Positions 36,433-48,615 are shown, numbered from the stretch's first letter. The stretch is DNA of 64,000 nucleotides from Paraspadella gotoi (GCA_051294375.1 CM119267.1:15602105-15666104), one strand, 5' to 3'. The notes: generated from the letters alone by a model not told the origin. A program made the numbers and translations.

Positions 36433-37230
36433 TTAAATGGCGAAGACTGGTTTAACATCATCAAGTGACGTCGATTCCGCGCCGCAATCACCACAGACTA
36501 ATCCCCCGTTTTCCACCAAATACGCGACGACGCACGAGTAGCAAAAGACGTCGCGACAGCAGAATCCGTGAGGCTGCACCACGGGCGATTTACGACAGAG
36601 TGGACAAGAACCGGGAATTGCAACGATTTCCGGCACCAATGCGGTTGCGGTCCTTTCGACTAGAGGGCGAACGAGGAAGACAAAATCGGTCATCCCGTGC
36701 CACAGCAGGTCTCTTAACAATGCAGAGAACTCAATGGAGTGCAAAATTCTCCTTTCGTCGCTGACCATTTCAAGCTGAAAGAGGCGTTCGAGAAAGGTGG
36801 CATATTTCCCGAACCGAACGAAGGCTAACAAATTCACAACGTTTAAAATCAGAAGAAAGAGGTCAGCAACGTTTAGCAGTTCTTTTAATTGTTTAATCCA
36901 AAAATTTTCAGTTCTGTCCTTGAGCCATTTTAATAGCGCGTTGGTAAATACGAAAGCAAAGGTTCTCCGGAGAGAAGGTCGAATTCTTGTTCCTTTGATT
37001 GTAATTACGTGATGACAAGAGAGTAGCTTCTGTCCAACCGTCTTAGTTTGATCAGCATAAGATAATTTCCACAGGACTATCGACAACAGTAGCTCAATTT
37101 CAGGTTTTATTAAAACTAAATCTTCGTTTCGAAGAAGATAGTCGACTAGATATCGTTCCAAAACTGCATCCAAACGGCCACTATCTAAATGGGCAACTCG
37201 TGTCAAATGGCACCTGTTTTTGTCGTTCAT
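36433..37230 (-). CDS. PEX2: Peroxisome biogenesis factor 2 (Pex2/Pex12 domain + RING), intronless
   Basis: RVAHLDSGRLD, KPEIELLL, TVGQKLL, NLLAFVRFGKYATFLERL, LLRDLLWHGMTDF; RING CPLC...CRDVFCYSC...CGDCG. ATG at 37230 follows an acceptor-like CAG. Confidence 0.9.
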   Translation of the reverse strand: MNDKNRCHLTRVAHLDSGRLDAVLERYLVDYLLRNEDLVLIKPEIELLLSIVLWKLSYADQTKTVGQKLLSCHHVITIKGTRIRPSLRRTFAFVFTNALLKWLKDRTENFWIKQLKELLNVADLFLLILNVVNLLAFVRFGKYATFLERLFQLEMVSDERRILHSIEFSALLRDLLWHGMTDFVFLVRPLVERTATALVPEIVAIPGSCPLCRKSPVVQPHGFCCRDVFCYSCVVAYLVENGGLVCGDCGAESTSLDDVKPVFAI

Positions 37231-37611
37231 TTTAAAATCCTGGTTTTTAAAACGTTGAATCACAATAGTGAGAAAAAAATTTCCGAAAATCATGCAATTG
37301 TTCCTTGAAAAAATGGAGTTTCGGTGTAAAAAAAAATATCTTTTTTTGCACTGAAACTCAATAAATTCAACACTTTCATCATTATATTAAAAATACCATA
37401 AATTAAGAAAATATCTTTGTGAATTATAAACTTTCTGGAGTAAAATATTTCTAAAATTTAGACACACATAAAAAAAATTAATAAACAAAATGATAATGTA
37501 AAAAAATTAGCAATAAACTGGACGGATTAGATAACAATTACTATAGAAGACAATTGACTAGTTAAAAATTATTATTTTGTACAAATTGTAGATTGTACAT
37601 TAAAAGTTATT

Positions 37612-40600
37612 TTAAGGCACATCGTTGCTGTCCCCTAAGGTTTTTTGGTGGCTTCCCCTTTCCTCTTTTTTTTTCAAACGTTTCTCATTCAAAAGTTTAA
37701 TTGCGTCTTTTTGACTACGCCGAGCACCTTTGGCAATGGTTGTCAAGGATAAAGTCGAATCTTCATCAATAGACGTACTTTCTTCAATATTCTCTTCATC
37801 AGCTTCAGGAACCATAATTTTTCGCTTTCCTTCTTTCAATTCTCTTTCTTGATCCAGCATTCTTTCTTGGATCACTTGTGCAATTTTCTGCATTTTTTCA
37901 TCGTTACTTAAGCCTTCCAATTGACCTGGATCAACTATCTCTTTAAATTGAGCAGCGTTCTGATTTCTCTTTTCTTTCATTGTTCTTGTTCGTTCGGTTC
38001 TCACTTTTTCGATCCGTTCCTTTACATTTGTGATTTGTCGGTCGCGTTCTTCTTTCTTAGTTTGTTCCACCATAGTTTTTTGTCTTTCCCCTAATCCAAG
38101 AATTATTTGAGCTTCATCTTTAATATCTTCTTTTTTCTCCCTTTGCTTTTTCAAACGTTCAAGACGGTCCTTTAATCGTTCTTGTGTTTGTTGAATTTCT
38201 TTCATAGTTCTCATTTGAATTTTAGTTTGTTCTCTTTCTAATTGGCTTAAAATTGCTTGTTGATTTTCATTAGTTATAGTTTCTTCAGGTTTATAAGCCT
38301 TCACTCTTCTCCTCCCTTCGGTAGTTGTATCAGTAAGATCAGAAACAATTGAAGTATCCGCACTCCCTTGTGAAAAACCAGATTCCTCCTCGAGTTCTGA
38401 GATCGATTTATTACCTGGCATTATTTCTCTTTGCAAAGCCGATTCATTGCTTAACTTAGAAGGTTCAACATAAGAGTCCTCTAATTTTTTTTTCCGAGCC
38501 TCTTTTCTTTCTGCTAACTTCTTTTCCATTAAGATTTTCTGTTTTTCTTTGTCGTATTTTTGACTATTTAACGCTTTAATTTGCTCTTTTCTAAGTGATT
38601 CAATTAAAAGAACTGCCTCTTGTCCTTTTTGTTCTTTTGCAGCTCTTCTTTCTTTCAGTTTCCTTTCACTTGCTTCTTTTTGCCTTTTTAAAGCGGATTG
38701 TATAGCAAGTCTTTTACTTTCATATTGTAATTTTAACTTTTCAACTTCTAGATCGTAATTGACCGGATCATTTGTTTGCGCAATTTTATTCATATTATTT
38801 TTAAATTCAGCATCGATTTCGTTAATTAACTGTATCTCCGTTTCTTTCATGTCACAAGATGGTTCACTTTCTATTTCTTCTGGTTCAAAAATAACTGAAG
38901 CTAGATTATCTGACCAGTTGGACTCATTATGGAGGCAATATTGTAGTATTTCCTCTCTTGACAAAGATGCATTATGAATCAGTTCGTCTAAGGCTTTTTT
39001 TTCTTCAGATTGCTTATACTGTAACTTGTTCACTAGCAAAATGTGGACATCAAATATCTTATTATTGCGATTAGATTTCATCACTTCATTGACTTTGTGC
39101 AAAACACCAAGCAAAAATGTGTGCCGTAAATTGTCATCTTTAGCGCTTTTTATTCTATCGTATCTTTGTGAGAGTAACTTTAATTCCATTTGAATTTCAT
39201 CAATAGGTAGTTCACCGATTTCTTCTAGTTTTGGATTATCTCGTATTAATTCAAATAAGTTAAAAACATATTCTAATTCGTGGTTTTGTTTTTTATCTAA
39301 AGATGCTAAAATTTGATCGTCAATATTTTCATTTAGATTTTCTATATTTCGAATATTATTTTTTCTTCTCTCCTTCATTGCTGTAATTCTTTGAAGCGTT
39401 CGCTGTTTCTGTTTCTCTAACTCCGACAGATTGCTTAGAGATTTTCCTCGTTCATCAAGTTTAGCCTTAGAAAATATCATACAAGCCTCATCAACTTGAT
39501 TCTGATGTCTTAATAACTTCTCTTCACGGCGTAGTTTTGCTAGCTGTAATTGACGGGTGCGTTCCTGTGTAGCTCGATCAGTCTGCAAATTTAAATTATT
39601 TAGAATTTTTTTGCGCTCTTCTTCATATTCTTTATCCAAAGCTGAAAGAACATTTTTCGATGTTATCAACACCTGTTCATCACTACCTTCCTCAACATTT
39701 AGCAAAGTATCAAGAACCATATTAGACACATCCTTTCCTTGTTTTTCTCGTTCTGCTTTTAACTGCATCCTTTTGGTTAGCTGTTCTTGAACTCGTCGCC
39801 TTTGTTCGCTTTGACAATTTCTTAATAAAGTAGCAGCCGCTTCTGATTCATGCACTAACTTATCATACAATGCTGCAGCTTCATCATCTTTTCCTTGTTG
39901 TCGTAAGCGCTTTTCTTCAAGTTTTAGCCTTAATATTTTTGCTTGTTTTTCACGTTCTGACATGCGCGACCATTCTGCTAAAGTATACTGCTTCATAAGC
40001 CCTTCCAGAATAATAGTGTCTTTCAATGCATTATATTTTTTGGTCAATGTATTATCAATTTCATCTGTTCTTTCTTTATTTTCCATGGAAAAGCTTAAGT
40101 ATAATTCAGCAATATTCAGATAAGGATATTTTTGAAGAAAAAATTGCCTTTGCAAAATTTCTTTTACTTCTAATAACTTTAATTGTTCTTGAATATTATT
40201 TTTTTCTGCTTCTTGTAGCTTTTTTAGTTGTGTTAAGTAGCCATAAATAACTTCACCCTTCTTAGATGATTCTAATTTCGAATTTTCTTGTCCCTGACAA
40301 TCAAGAAAAAAGCTTAATTGAACCATTTCCTTTAAAACAACAAACTGTTGGTTTATAATCTCTTTTTCAGTAGTTGACAAAGATTCGCCATTTGACGGGA
40401 GGCTAGAAAGTGATTCCCATTCCAACTTCCATAATTCAGTAATTTCTTTAAGCTTCTCTAATTTTTTTAATATATCAGAATGTTCAGTTTCCGAAAGCTC
40501 TTCATTCAAAAAACAACTCAATATTCTTTCTTCATCTTTATGTCTTTCAAGTAAAACTTGCCAAATTTTATCGATATTTAAATCTTGCTTTAAAGTGTTA

Positions 40601-43600
40601 TTTTCCTGGAATTTCTGTAAACGAGATACAAGTTTTGCTCTGTTTTTCTTTTTCACCGATTCAATTGAACTTTTAATCAAATTTTCGTCTTTTATTAAAT
40701 CATTGATCATGTTATTAGCAATATTTTCTCTGTAAGCTTTTTCACCTTTTCTTTTGCTAACCTTCAGTTGTATTAAATGTTTTTGTCTTTCAGCTTCTGT
40801 TAAGTGATTAAATTCAGCTTCACACATTTCGGCCAATACGGCATCAACTACTTTAGTAGGATCAAAAATAATTAAATTGTTAACATCATTTTCTTCCATT
40901 GAAACTGATTCTAATTCATCGATTAACTTACCAAATTGTGACTGAAAATCATTGTTCGAACTGTCATTTTTTCGATTTTGTTTTAAATCTCTTAAACGAT
41001 GCCTGAGTTGTACTGATGATGCTGCTTTGCTGGTTTGAAGAATCTTTTCTAACGCATTAGCATTGGAAAACATAGTTAACATTTCTTCAAATCGATTTTG
41101 ACGTCTCAGCTGCTTTTCTTTAAGTCGAACGAGGGTTAATAAATTTTGACGTTCTTTTTCGTCAAGATCTAACCATTCTTTTTCTCCAATCTGCATCTTC
41201 AGTAACTTCAGCAATAGCTCTTCCCTAGTTCTATCATAGATACGAAGAGCATCTGACTCCTCATGTTGGGGTATCTGTAATAAAACTCGGCTTACATTTG
41301 TTAGCAAATGTTGGTGAAGTAAAGTTTCAAGACCTTGCTGCTTGATTAAAGCAATTGGTTTAAATAAAAAATTTGTTACTAATTCGCTTATAAAACAGTT
41401 CTGCAGTAAAAGAATGTTAAAGACTATATCTTCGACTACTTCAGATTTTTCAAGCCCACTTCTTTGCTTTATCTCTATCTGTAAGGTTGAAGCTTCCTCA
41501 AAAATTGATATCAAATTTTCACGAATGATTGAATGATATTCCTTTGAGAATATACAATTTTGAGATGCTACCATCAATTCATATTGATTTATTTTTAATT
41601 GTAACTCTTCTATTCTCTCCACAATTTCTGAATTGCTCATTTCTTTTGTAATATTTTGTAATTCATTCAAACTGGGATCCATCAAAATATTAATAATGAC
41701 ATTTATTTCCACGAGATGCTTCTGATCATTAATCTCTAAAACCCAATTAAAAATATTCTCATCATTAGTATGTTGCATTTCTTCAAGAAAGAGATCCGGA
41801 ATACTAACCGGTACATAATTTATTAGGAGTACTTTAGCCAGATGCCTTATTCTTTCTTTATCTCTATTATCAATTTCAAAACTATCATTCATATGACAGG
41901 CACGCTCATTCAATCCTAAGACAATGGCTAATTGAGGATATTCATACAAATTAGCTAATCTGTGAGTTCTTAATCCTAATGCAAAATGTCTAATTTTTTC
42001 CGATTGAATAACAGGATTTATTCTCTGGTTGGAATAGAGAGCGAGGTTTAGCATATCTTTTTCTTCTTCAGATCGAATTATTAAGTCTATAAGCAGACAC
42101 GGATTTTCTACTGACTCAAATTGAGTACTTTCACCAAAAGCATTATCTGCAAAGGAACATTCAATAGAAATATGAGGCTGGCCCATAAGGAAGAAGATGG
42201 CTTTATTTGTAGAATGATCTAACGTCAAACTCTTTTCAAGATCATTCAGTCCTTCTGCATCTCCATTACATCGAAGCAAATACTCTTTATTTGTTAATTC
42301 AAGGATATCAGTTTTATTTTTCGTATTTTTTGCCAAATGCGCTAAGAATCTATTTCGTAAAATTTCATATTTTTCATTCATCGTTTTAAAAAGATCGAAA
42401 TCAGTGTCCTCATAATGAATAAGCTTTAAAACTACATGAAGAATATTGTTAATCGATTCTAAATTTTCTTTTTCCTTGATAAGAATATTTTGCAATTCCC
42501 GATCGTTATCTGCTGTTTTGGTTAAAGTCAAACAGTAATTAAGTATTGTTTTTTCTTCATGAATTTGCTTTTGGATTAAGTCTGCTACAGAACTTGAATA
42601 ATGGTCATGTTCTTTCAGAGAAAAAAATGACCTACTCTTTTCTTTAATGGCAAGGAAACAACTTATACCTTTTTGGATTATTGACTGAAGTAAACTTGTA
42701 GAATTAAAATTTAAATACTGCATCTCGTTAATTTTCTTTGAGTCACGCTTAAAATTAGGAAATTTTTCATGGAAACAATGACGTAAAAATAAAAGAGTTT
42801 CTACCGATTTCTTGAAATCTTGATCAATAATTTTTAAATTCTGGATAAAAACGCCTCTTTCGTACTCGTGTCGTAACTTGACAGCGTTAAGTATCTCTCT
42901 AGTCTTTCGTATTACCGGATCAGAAATATCTTTTAGGGGGTCTATGATTTCTTCATCTTTGTGTGGCTTATCATGAATTTCCAAATAAAGCGCCCCCAAT
43001 GACAAAAGTCGGGAGGCATCAAAATTAGGTCCCCATTTTGGAAACTGTTGATACCTTTCAGTAAGTCCGATTTCGAGCAAATTAAACTTAAATACATTTA
43101 AAGGTGATACTTTTTTGTGAGATGATAACTTATCAATTTCATTAATTAACTGAATTTTTTTAAATGATCTTCCAGAGTCGTTGTCTTTCATTAAGCGCTC
43201 CTTCTCCGCTGCATAGCGCCACTTAAGATCATTAATAATGTCGGAAACTTTACTTTTTCCTTTCCACAAACTGTTATATTCTGTCTCCAGCATCGAATCA
43301 ACTTCATGTGCACACCATCCATTTGTTATATACTGGGTACCTTTCAATAACAATTGATTCTCTCTAGTGCAATGCAATCCATAATCCTCTCCCATAACTT
43401 CCAACAGAGTAAAATCAAGAGGGAGACAATCGAAAAGGCTTAAGTCTACCTGTTCCTTTGAAAAAACTGCGGCAGACAAGAGTGACTGGATCGGCGAACG
43501 ATCCACCTTTTGAAATCCGGATTTGTCCAGAAATGTGCAAAGGCCAGTCAAACTTTTTAAAATCAATCTGTACTTTGTATCGATAAGGTAAGCCATAAAG

Positions 43601-44307
43601 TGCGTTTCTTGATCACTTTCTAGTTCCGCTCCCTTCGTCTTTTGGGAGGGTCTTTCAAACACGTTCCTTTGAGCGCCGTCCATAAACCCGCTCTTATTCT
43701 CTGAGCGGCTGGCACTAACCAGATTTCGCAACCTCCAAAACTCCTCGACGTCTTCTTCAACCTCCTCGTCTCGCAACTGTAGGACGACGGCCGTTATCTC
43801 TTTTTGTGCCCACGGAGTTCCGGCGGTCATACGCGTTCCGCAGATCCACGGTCGAATTTCCTCAAATGAAATGCTTTTAGGACCGTCGAAACGCCGAGAA
43901 AAAAGAAATTCTTTCCAACGACCCTCTTCAAATCGAGAGCCGAGGGTAACCTTAAACAGAATCAAGGCTTCGGATTGAGAGAGAGACAAATCTCCGTCTG
44001 TGTCGAGGGAACAGAAATCCCACCACATTTGGGAAGTGAGTCGACGACGACGCTCCAAATCCACCAAGACGTCTAGGACGCGAAAGATCGGACAAAACAG
44101 TTCGTCGGGGAAGAACGGGGAACTCATCTCGTTCGACGGCAAAAGTGTAAAGAAACTCTCCTCCAGCTGTCGATAATCTAGCGGCTCAATCAGGACAGAG
44201 TGTTGTAGGCTGTGGATTTGAGAGATGCTTAGTCCTCCGCGAACTCCACCGGGATCGTAAAGGTCTATTACGTCCTGGAAGGACGACGCACAAAACGAAT
44301 GCGCCAT
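37612..44307 (-). CDS. Uncharacterised 2231-aa protein: N-terminal EF-hand-like region, internal repeats and long Glu/Lys/Arg coiled coils; intronless
   Basis: 6.7-kb uninterrupted ORF with an EF-hand-like loop DTDGDLSLSQSE, a repeated W/F-x2-(L/M)-(S/D/T)-E-x-E-(R/K)-Q unit and a charged helical C-terminus. Confidence 0.85.
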   Translation of the reverse strand: MAHSFCASSFQDVIDLYDPGGVRGGLSISQIHSLQHSVLIEPLDYRQLEESFFTLLPSNEMSSPFFPDELFCPIFRVLDVLVDLERRRRLTSQMWWDFCSLDTDGDLSLSQSEALILFKVTLGSRFEEGRWKEFLFSRRFDGPKSISFEEIRPWICGTRMTAGTPWAQKEITAVVLQLRDEEVEEDVEEFWRLRNLVSASRSENKSGFMDGAQRNVFERPSQKTKGAELESDQETHFMAYLIDTKYRLILKSLTGLCTFLDKSGFQKVDRSPIQSLLSAAVFSKEQVDLSLFDCLPLDFTLLEVMGEDYGLHCTRENQLLLKGTQYITNGWCAHEVDSMLETEYNSLWKGKSKVSDIINDLKWRYAAEKERLMKDNDSGRSFKKIQLINEIDKLSSHKKVSPLNVFKFNLLEIGLTERYQQFPKWGPNFDASRLLSLGALYLEIHDKPHKDEEIIDPLKDISDPVIRKTREILNAVKLRHEYERGVFIQNLKIIDQDFKKSVETLLFLRHCFHEKFPNFKRDSKKINEMQYLNFNSTSLLQSIIQKGISCFLAIKEKSRSFFSLKEHDHYSSSVADLIQKQIHEEKTILNYCLTLTKTADNDRELQNILIKEKENLESINNILHVVLKLIHYEDTDFDLFKTMNEKYEILRNRFLAHLAKNTKNKTDILELTNKEYLLRCNGDAEGLNDLEKSLTLDHSTNKAIFFLMGQPHISIECSFADNAFGESTQFESVENPCLLIDLIIRSEEEKDMLNLALYSNQRINPVIQSEKIRHFALGLRTHRLANLYEYPQLAIVLGLNERACHMNDSFEIDNRDKERIRHLAKVLLINYVPVSIPDLFLEEMQHTNDENIFNWVLEINDQKHLVEINVIINILMDPSLNELQNITKEMSNSEIVERIEELQLKINQYELMVASQNCIFSKEYHSIIRENLISIFEEASTLQIEIKQRSGLEKSEVVEDIVFNILLLQNCFISELVTNFLFKPIALIKQQGLETLLHQHLLTNVSRVLLQIPQHEESDALRIYDRTREELLLKLLKMQIGEKEWLDLDEKERQNLLTLVRLKEKQLRRQNRFEEMLTMFSNANALEKILQTSKAASSVQLRHRLRDLKQNRKNDSSNNDFQSQFGKLIDELESVSMEENDVNNLIIFDPTKVVDAVLAEMCEAEFNHLTEAERQKHLIQLKVSKRKGEKAYRENIANNMINDLIKDENLIKSSIESVKKKNRAKLVSRLQKFQENNTLKQDLNIDKIWQVLLERHKDEERILSCFLNEELSETEHSDILKKLEKLKEITELWKLEWESLSSLPSNGESLSTTEKEIINQQFVVLKEMVQLSFFLDCQGQENSKLESSKKGEVIYGYLTQLKKLQEAEKNNIQEQLKLLEVKEILQRQFFLQKYPYLNIAELYLSFSMENKERTDEIDNTLTKKYNALKDTIILEGLMKQYTLAEWSRMSEREKQAKILRLKLEEKRLRQQGKDDEAAALYDKLVHESEAAATLLRNCQSEQRRRVQEQLTKRMQLKAEREKQGKDVSNMVLDTLLNVEEGSDEQVLITSKNVLSALDKEYEEERKKILNNLNLQTDRATQERTRQLQLAKLRREEKLLRHQNQVDEACMIFSKAKLDERGKSLSNLSELEKQKQRTLQRITAMKERRKNNIRNIENLNENIDDQILASLDKKQNHELEYVFNLFELIRDNPKLEEIGELPIDEIQMELKLLSQRYDRIKSAKDDNLRHTFLLGVLHKVNEVMKSNRNNKIFDVHILLVNKLQYKQSEEKKALDELIHNASLSREEILQYCLHNESNWSDNLASVIFEPEEIESEPSCDMKETEIQLINEIDAEFKNNMNKIAQTNDPVNYDLEVEKLKLQYESKRLAIQSALKRQKEASERKLKERRAAKEQKGQEAVLLIESLRKEQIKALNSQKYDKEKQKILMEKKLAERKEARKKKLEDSYVEPSKLSNESALQREIMPGNKSISELEEESGFSQGSADTSIVSDLTDTTTEGRRRVKAYKPEETITNENQQAILSQLEREQTKIQMRTMKEIQQTQERLKDRLERLKKQREKKEDIKDEAQIILGLGERQKTMVEQTKKEERDRQITNVKERIEKVRTERTRTMKEKRNQNAAQFKEIVDPGQLEGLSNDEKMQKIAQVIQERMLDQERELKEGKRKIMVPEADEENIEESTSIDEDSTLSLTTIAKGARRSQKDAIKLLNEKRLKKKEERGSHQKTLGDSNDVP

Positions 44308-44381
44308 TTTTAAGTTTTTTTCTTTTTTGTTAATTAAAAAAAATTAAAATTAAATTAAAAAAAAGACATTAAATTCAATAA

Positions 44382-45319
44382 TTAACTTTTTTCGACCAAT
44401 GCCATCAAAGAAAACTGAATTGTACCAATTTTATTCACGTATTTGTCTTTTATGTAATCGACGGCGCGAGACAAAAAGTCTTTTTCATCTTTAAGCTCTT
44501 CGACGACGTGAGGACCCTCGATATAGGCGCCGTCCAACTCGACGAGGTGTTTACCAACTCCCACGAAGCAAACGTAGTGGTGACAAACAATGTCAGGCCG
44601 TTGGGACTGCCCTTTTGCGGCTAAACAAGCGTGAATATCGTGCAAGGCAGAATCGGCGTCCAGCGCGATTCCACGGGCCTTAAAGTCTAAGTTCTTTGAT
44701 CGCTGGAAATAGATTTCTAGTGGGGAATCAGAATTTTCGAGTCCCACAACGCCTCTCAAGTTGAGCAGGGAATGGATGACGGCGATGGTACCGCAAGCAT
44801 TATTCAAGTAACCGTTGACTTGGTCCAAAAAGAAAACGTCTTTATTCAAACTGGAAATAAAATGGCGTAGCGTGAAGAGCTCGTAATACTAACTTTCAAA
44901 TATTAGTAGAACAAATAAGTAAATTAAACACTGGATCAATTTTTGTATAAACCTGTGCGAATCAGGGGTCATTTTCGAAGTAATTCTACGTTCTCCTTCT
45001 CCGTCTCTGCTCGGAAAAAGCAAGTACAGAGCATAAACCGGTTTAGGGATGAATTCAAGCATATCCGGCTCCAAGGAGTAAACATCGACCACCTGATGAA
45101 AAGCGGGTCTTTAAACCTTATATGAGCTCAGCTCTTTAGTGTTTAGTTTATTTTGGTGAGAAAATATGTTTAAAAAAAAAAGCCTCCTGCAAATAAACAG
45201 ACCTCGAACTTAGACGACGCCCCGAGGCGATGGCAAAGCTCCGTAAGAATTTCCGGGCTTGATTCGATCGGCTCCCATCGATTTACGGTCTCCGTCATAT
45301 TTAAAGAATTTAAGCTCAT
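44382..45319 (-). CDS. Ubiquitin C-terminal hydrolase (peptidase C12, UCHL1/UCHL3-like), 3 exons
   Basis: RWEPIESSPE, DVYSLEPDML..IPKPVYALYLLFP, catalytic Q..NACGTIAVIH, HYVCF, ELDG, FSLMAL. Start is either 45319 or the in-frame ATG at 45298. Confidence 0.92.
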
Positions 45320-45503
45320 CAAACGGACTAGTAAAGACAATTTAAATTATGAACAGGAATAAAAGGACAATTTCAAAGCAAATTCAATTCAATAAACCGG
45401 TATGACTGATTGGAATGATTGACATCATTTATCGTTAATTGACAAGCTTCGAAAAAAAAGCTCTTCACAAAAGGTTCGGAGGACTCGGTCATCAGAGTCT
45501 TCA

Positions 45504-47087
<1,584 letters not shown>

Positions 47088-47379
47088 TCACTGCATCAGG
47101 AAGCAGAAAAATTAAGCATGCATTAAAAAGTAATTATTCATTCAGGAAGCAATTCAAACATTCAAAAATCGAAGTAATTCGCAATACTTCTTTAAAATAA
47201 TAAAAAGAAACGTGTTTTGGTGTAAGTAAAAATGAATGAATAAATAAATATGATAGGCAAGCCAAAAAAAAAAAAAAAAACTACGCGAGTATGAGTTAAA
47301 AAGAAAAACTTGCACAAAAAACGCACGAAAAATCTAATCAAGACTATTGCACAAATATTATAAAGTCATAAATATATCG

Positions 47380-48615
47380 TCATGAGTGAAATCTCTTGAG
47401 GTGGGTATTTAAGTGGGAAGACTGGGGAAAAGATTTGGAACAATGATGGCATTTAAATGGTTTCTCGCCAGTGTGGGTTCTCATATGGGCGTTAAGATGA
47501 CCGGACTGAGAAAACGTTTTCGTGCAAAATTTACATTTGAACGGCTTCTCCCCGGTGTGAACGCGGATATGAGTGCTCAGGTAGGACGAAAGCAAAAACA
47601 TTTTGGGGCATTTCGGGCACTGAAATGTTTTTTCGCCCGTGTGTGTCCGCATGTGCGCGTTGAGGTGCCCCGACTGGGTGTAGGTTTTGAAGCAATGCGG
47701 GCACTTGAAGGGACGTTCTCCGGTGTGTACACGACTATGCGTCAGGAGATGACCCGCCTGCGAAAAGGACTTTGGACACTTCTCGCAATGAAAAGATCGC
47801 TCTCCGGTGTGCACACGGGTGTGAATAGATAGATGTGCGGCCGACGTGAAAGGCTTTTCGCAGGTTTTGCAGAGAAAAGGTTTGTCAGGATCCGAACCAG
47901 GAATGTACTCCACCGATTTAGTTCGACCGCGCTGTTGCAGCTGATGTTGTTGAAGTTGACGCGATCGGCGTTGTTCTTGCGGGGTAGCCGAGTCGGTGGT
48001 GTCTTCGTTGAAAACGCCGCTGTCGTTTAAATCTCGATTACTGGGGGCGCCGCCGACGCCGCTTCCACTGCCCGCCCCTTCGGATTTGATGGACATCGGT
48101 TCCATCTCGAAATTAAAATCGTCGCTGGGATGCTCGTCGTCTTCTTCCTCATTTCGAGGGAAGTCCAGTGATTTAACTCGAATCTCCTTGTCGACGTCCG
48201 AGTGCGACCTTCGAGACGGGGGTTGAGACGGCGGCTGAATTTGATTATGAGGATGAGGAGGAAGCGGAGGAGGTGGAGGGAAAGGATGCTGCGGATAATG
48301 AGGCTGAGGAATATGGGGCGATGGATGCGGCGGTTGCTGCAAATGGAGTTGTTGTTGCATTTGTTGCTGGGTTGGCGGCGGCGGATGCGGAGGCGGCGGC
48401 GTTACGTCATTCTCGAGTTGGAAGAGAACATCGTCAACACCGATCTTGATGTGTTTGGCCATGAGCTCGTGCTTTAAGCCCTCTTCGCTGGCGCACCATA
48501 TTCGACGGCCGCTACGAGTCTGGATGCCAACAATGACATCCACGGAAATAGTGGCCGCCAACGAGAGCGTCTCTTTGAAGACAGACGCGTACGACAAATA
48601 TTCGGACTGGTCCAT
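47380..48615 (-). CDS. C2H2 zinc-finger protein: 6 tandem fingers, Pro/His/Gln-rich linker, compact N-terminal domain; intronless
   Basis: Six CxxC-x12-H-x3/4-H fingers with TGE(K/R)x linkers. Likely start AAAAATG at 48615 (MDQSEY), after acceptor TTTTTTTGATACAG; the longer ORF-track start overlaps CABLES. Confidence 0.9.
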   Translation of the reverse strand: MDQSEYLSYASVFKETLSLAATISVDVIVGIQTRSGRRIWCASEEGLKHELMAKHIKIGVDDVLFQLENDVTPPPPHPPPPTQQQMQQQLHLQQPPHPSPHIPQPHYPQHPFPPPPPLPPHPHNQIQPPSQPPSRRSHSDVDKEIRVKSLDFPRNEEEDDEHPSDDFNFEMEPMSIKSEGAGSGSGVGGAPSNRDLNDSGVFNEDTTDSATPQEQRRSRQLQQHQLQQRGRTKSVEYIPGSDPDKPFLCKTCEKPFTSAAHLSIHTRVHTGERSFHCEKCPKSFSQAGHLLTHSRVHTGERPFKCPHCFKTYTQSGHLNAHMRTHTGEKTFQCPKCPKMFLLSSYLSTHIRVHTGEKPFKCKFCTKTFSQSGHLNAHMRTHTGEKPFKCHHCSKSFPQSSHLNTHLKRFHS

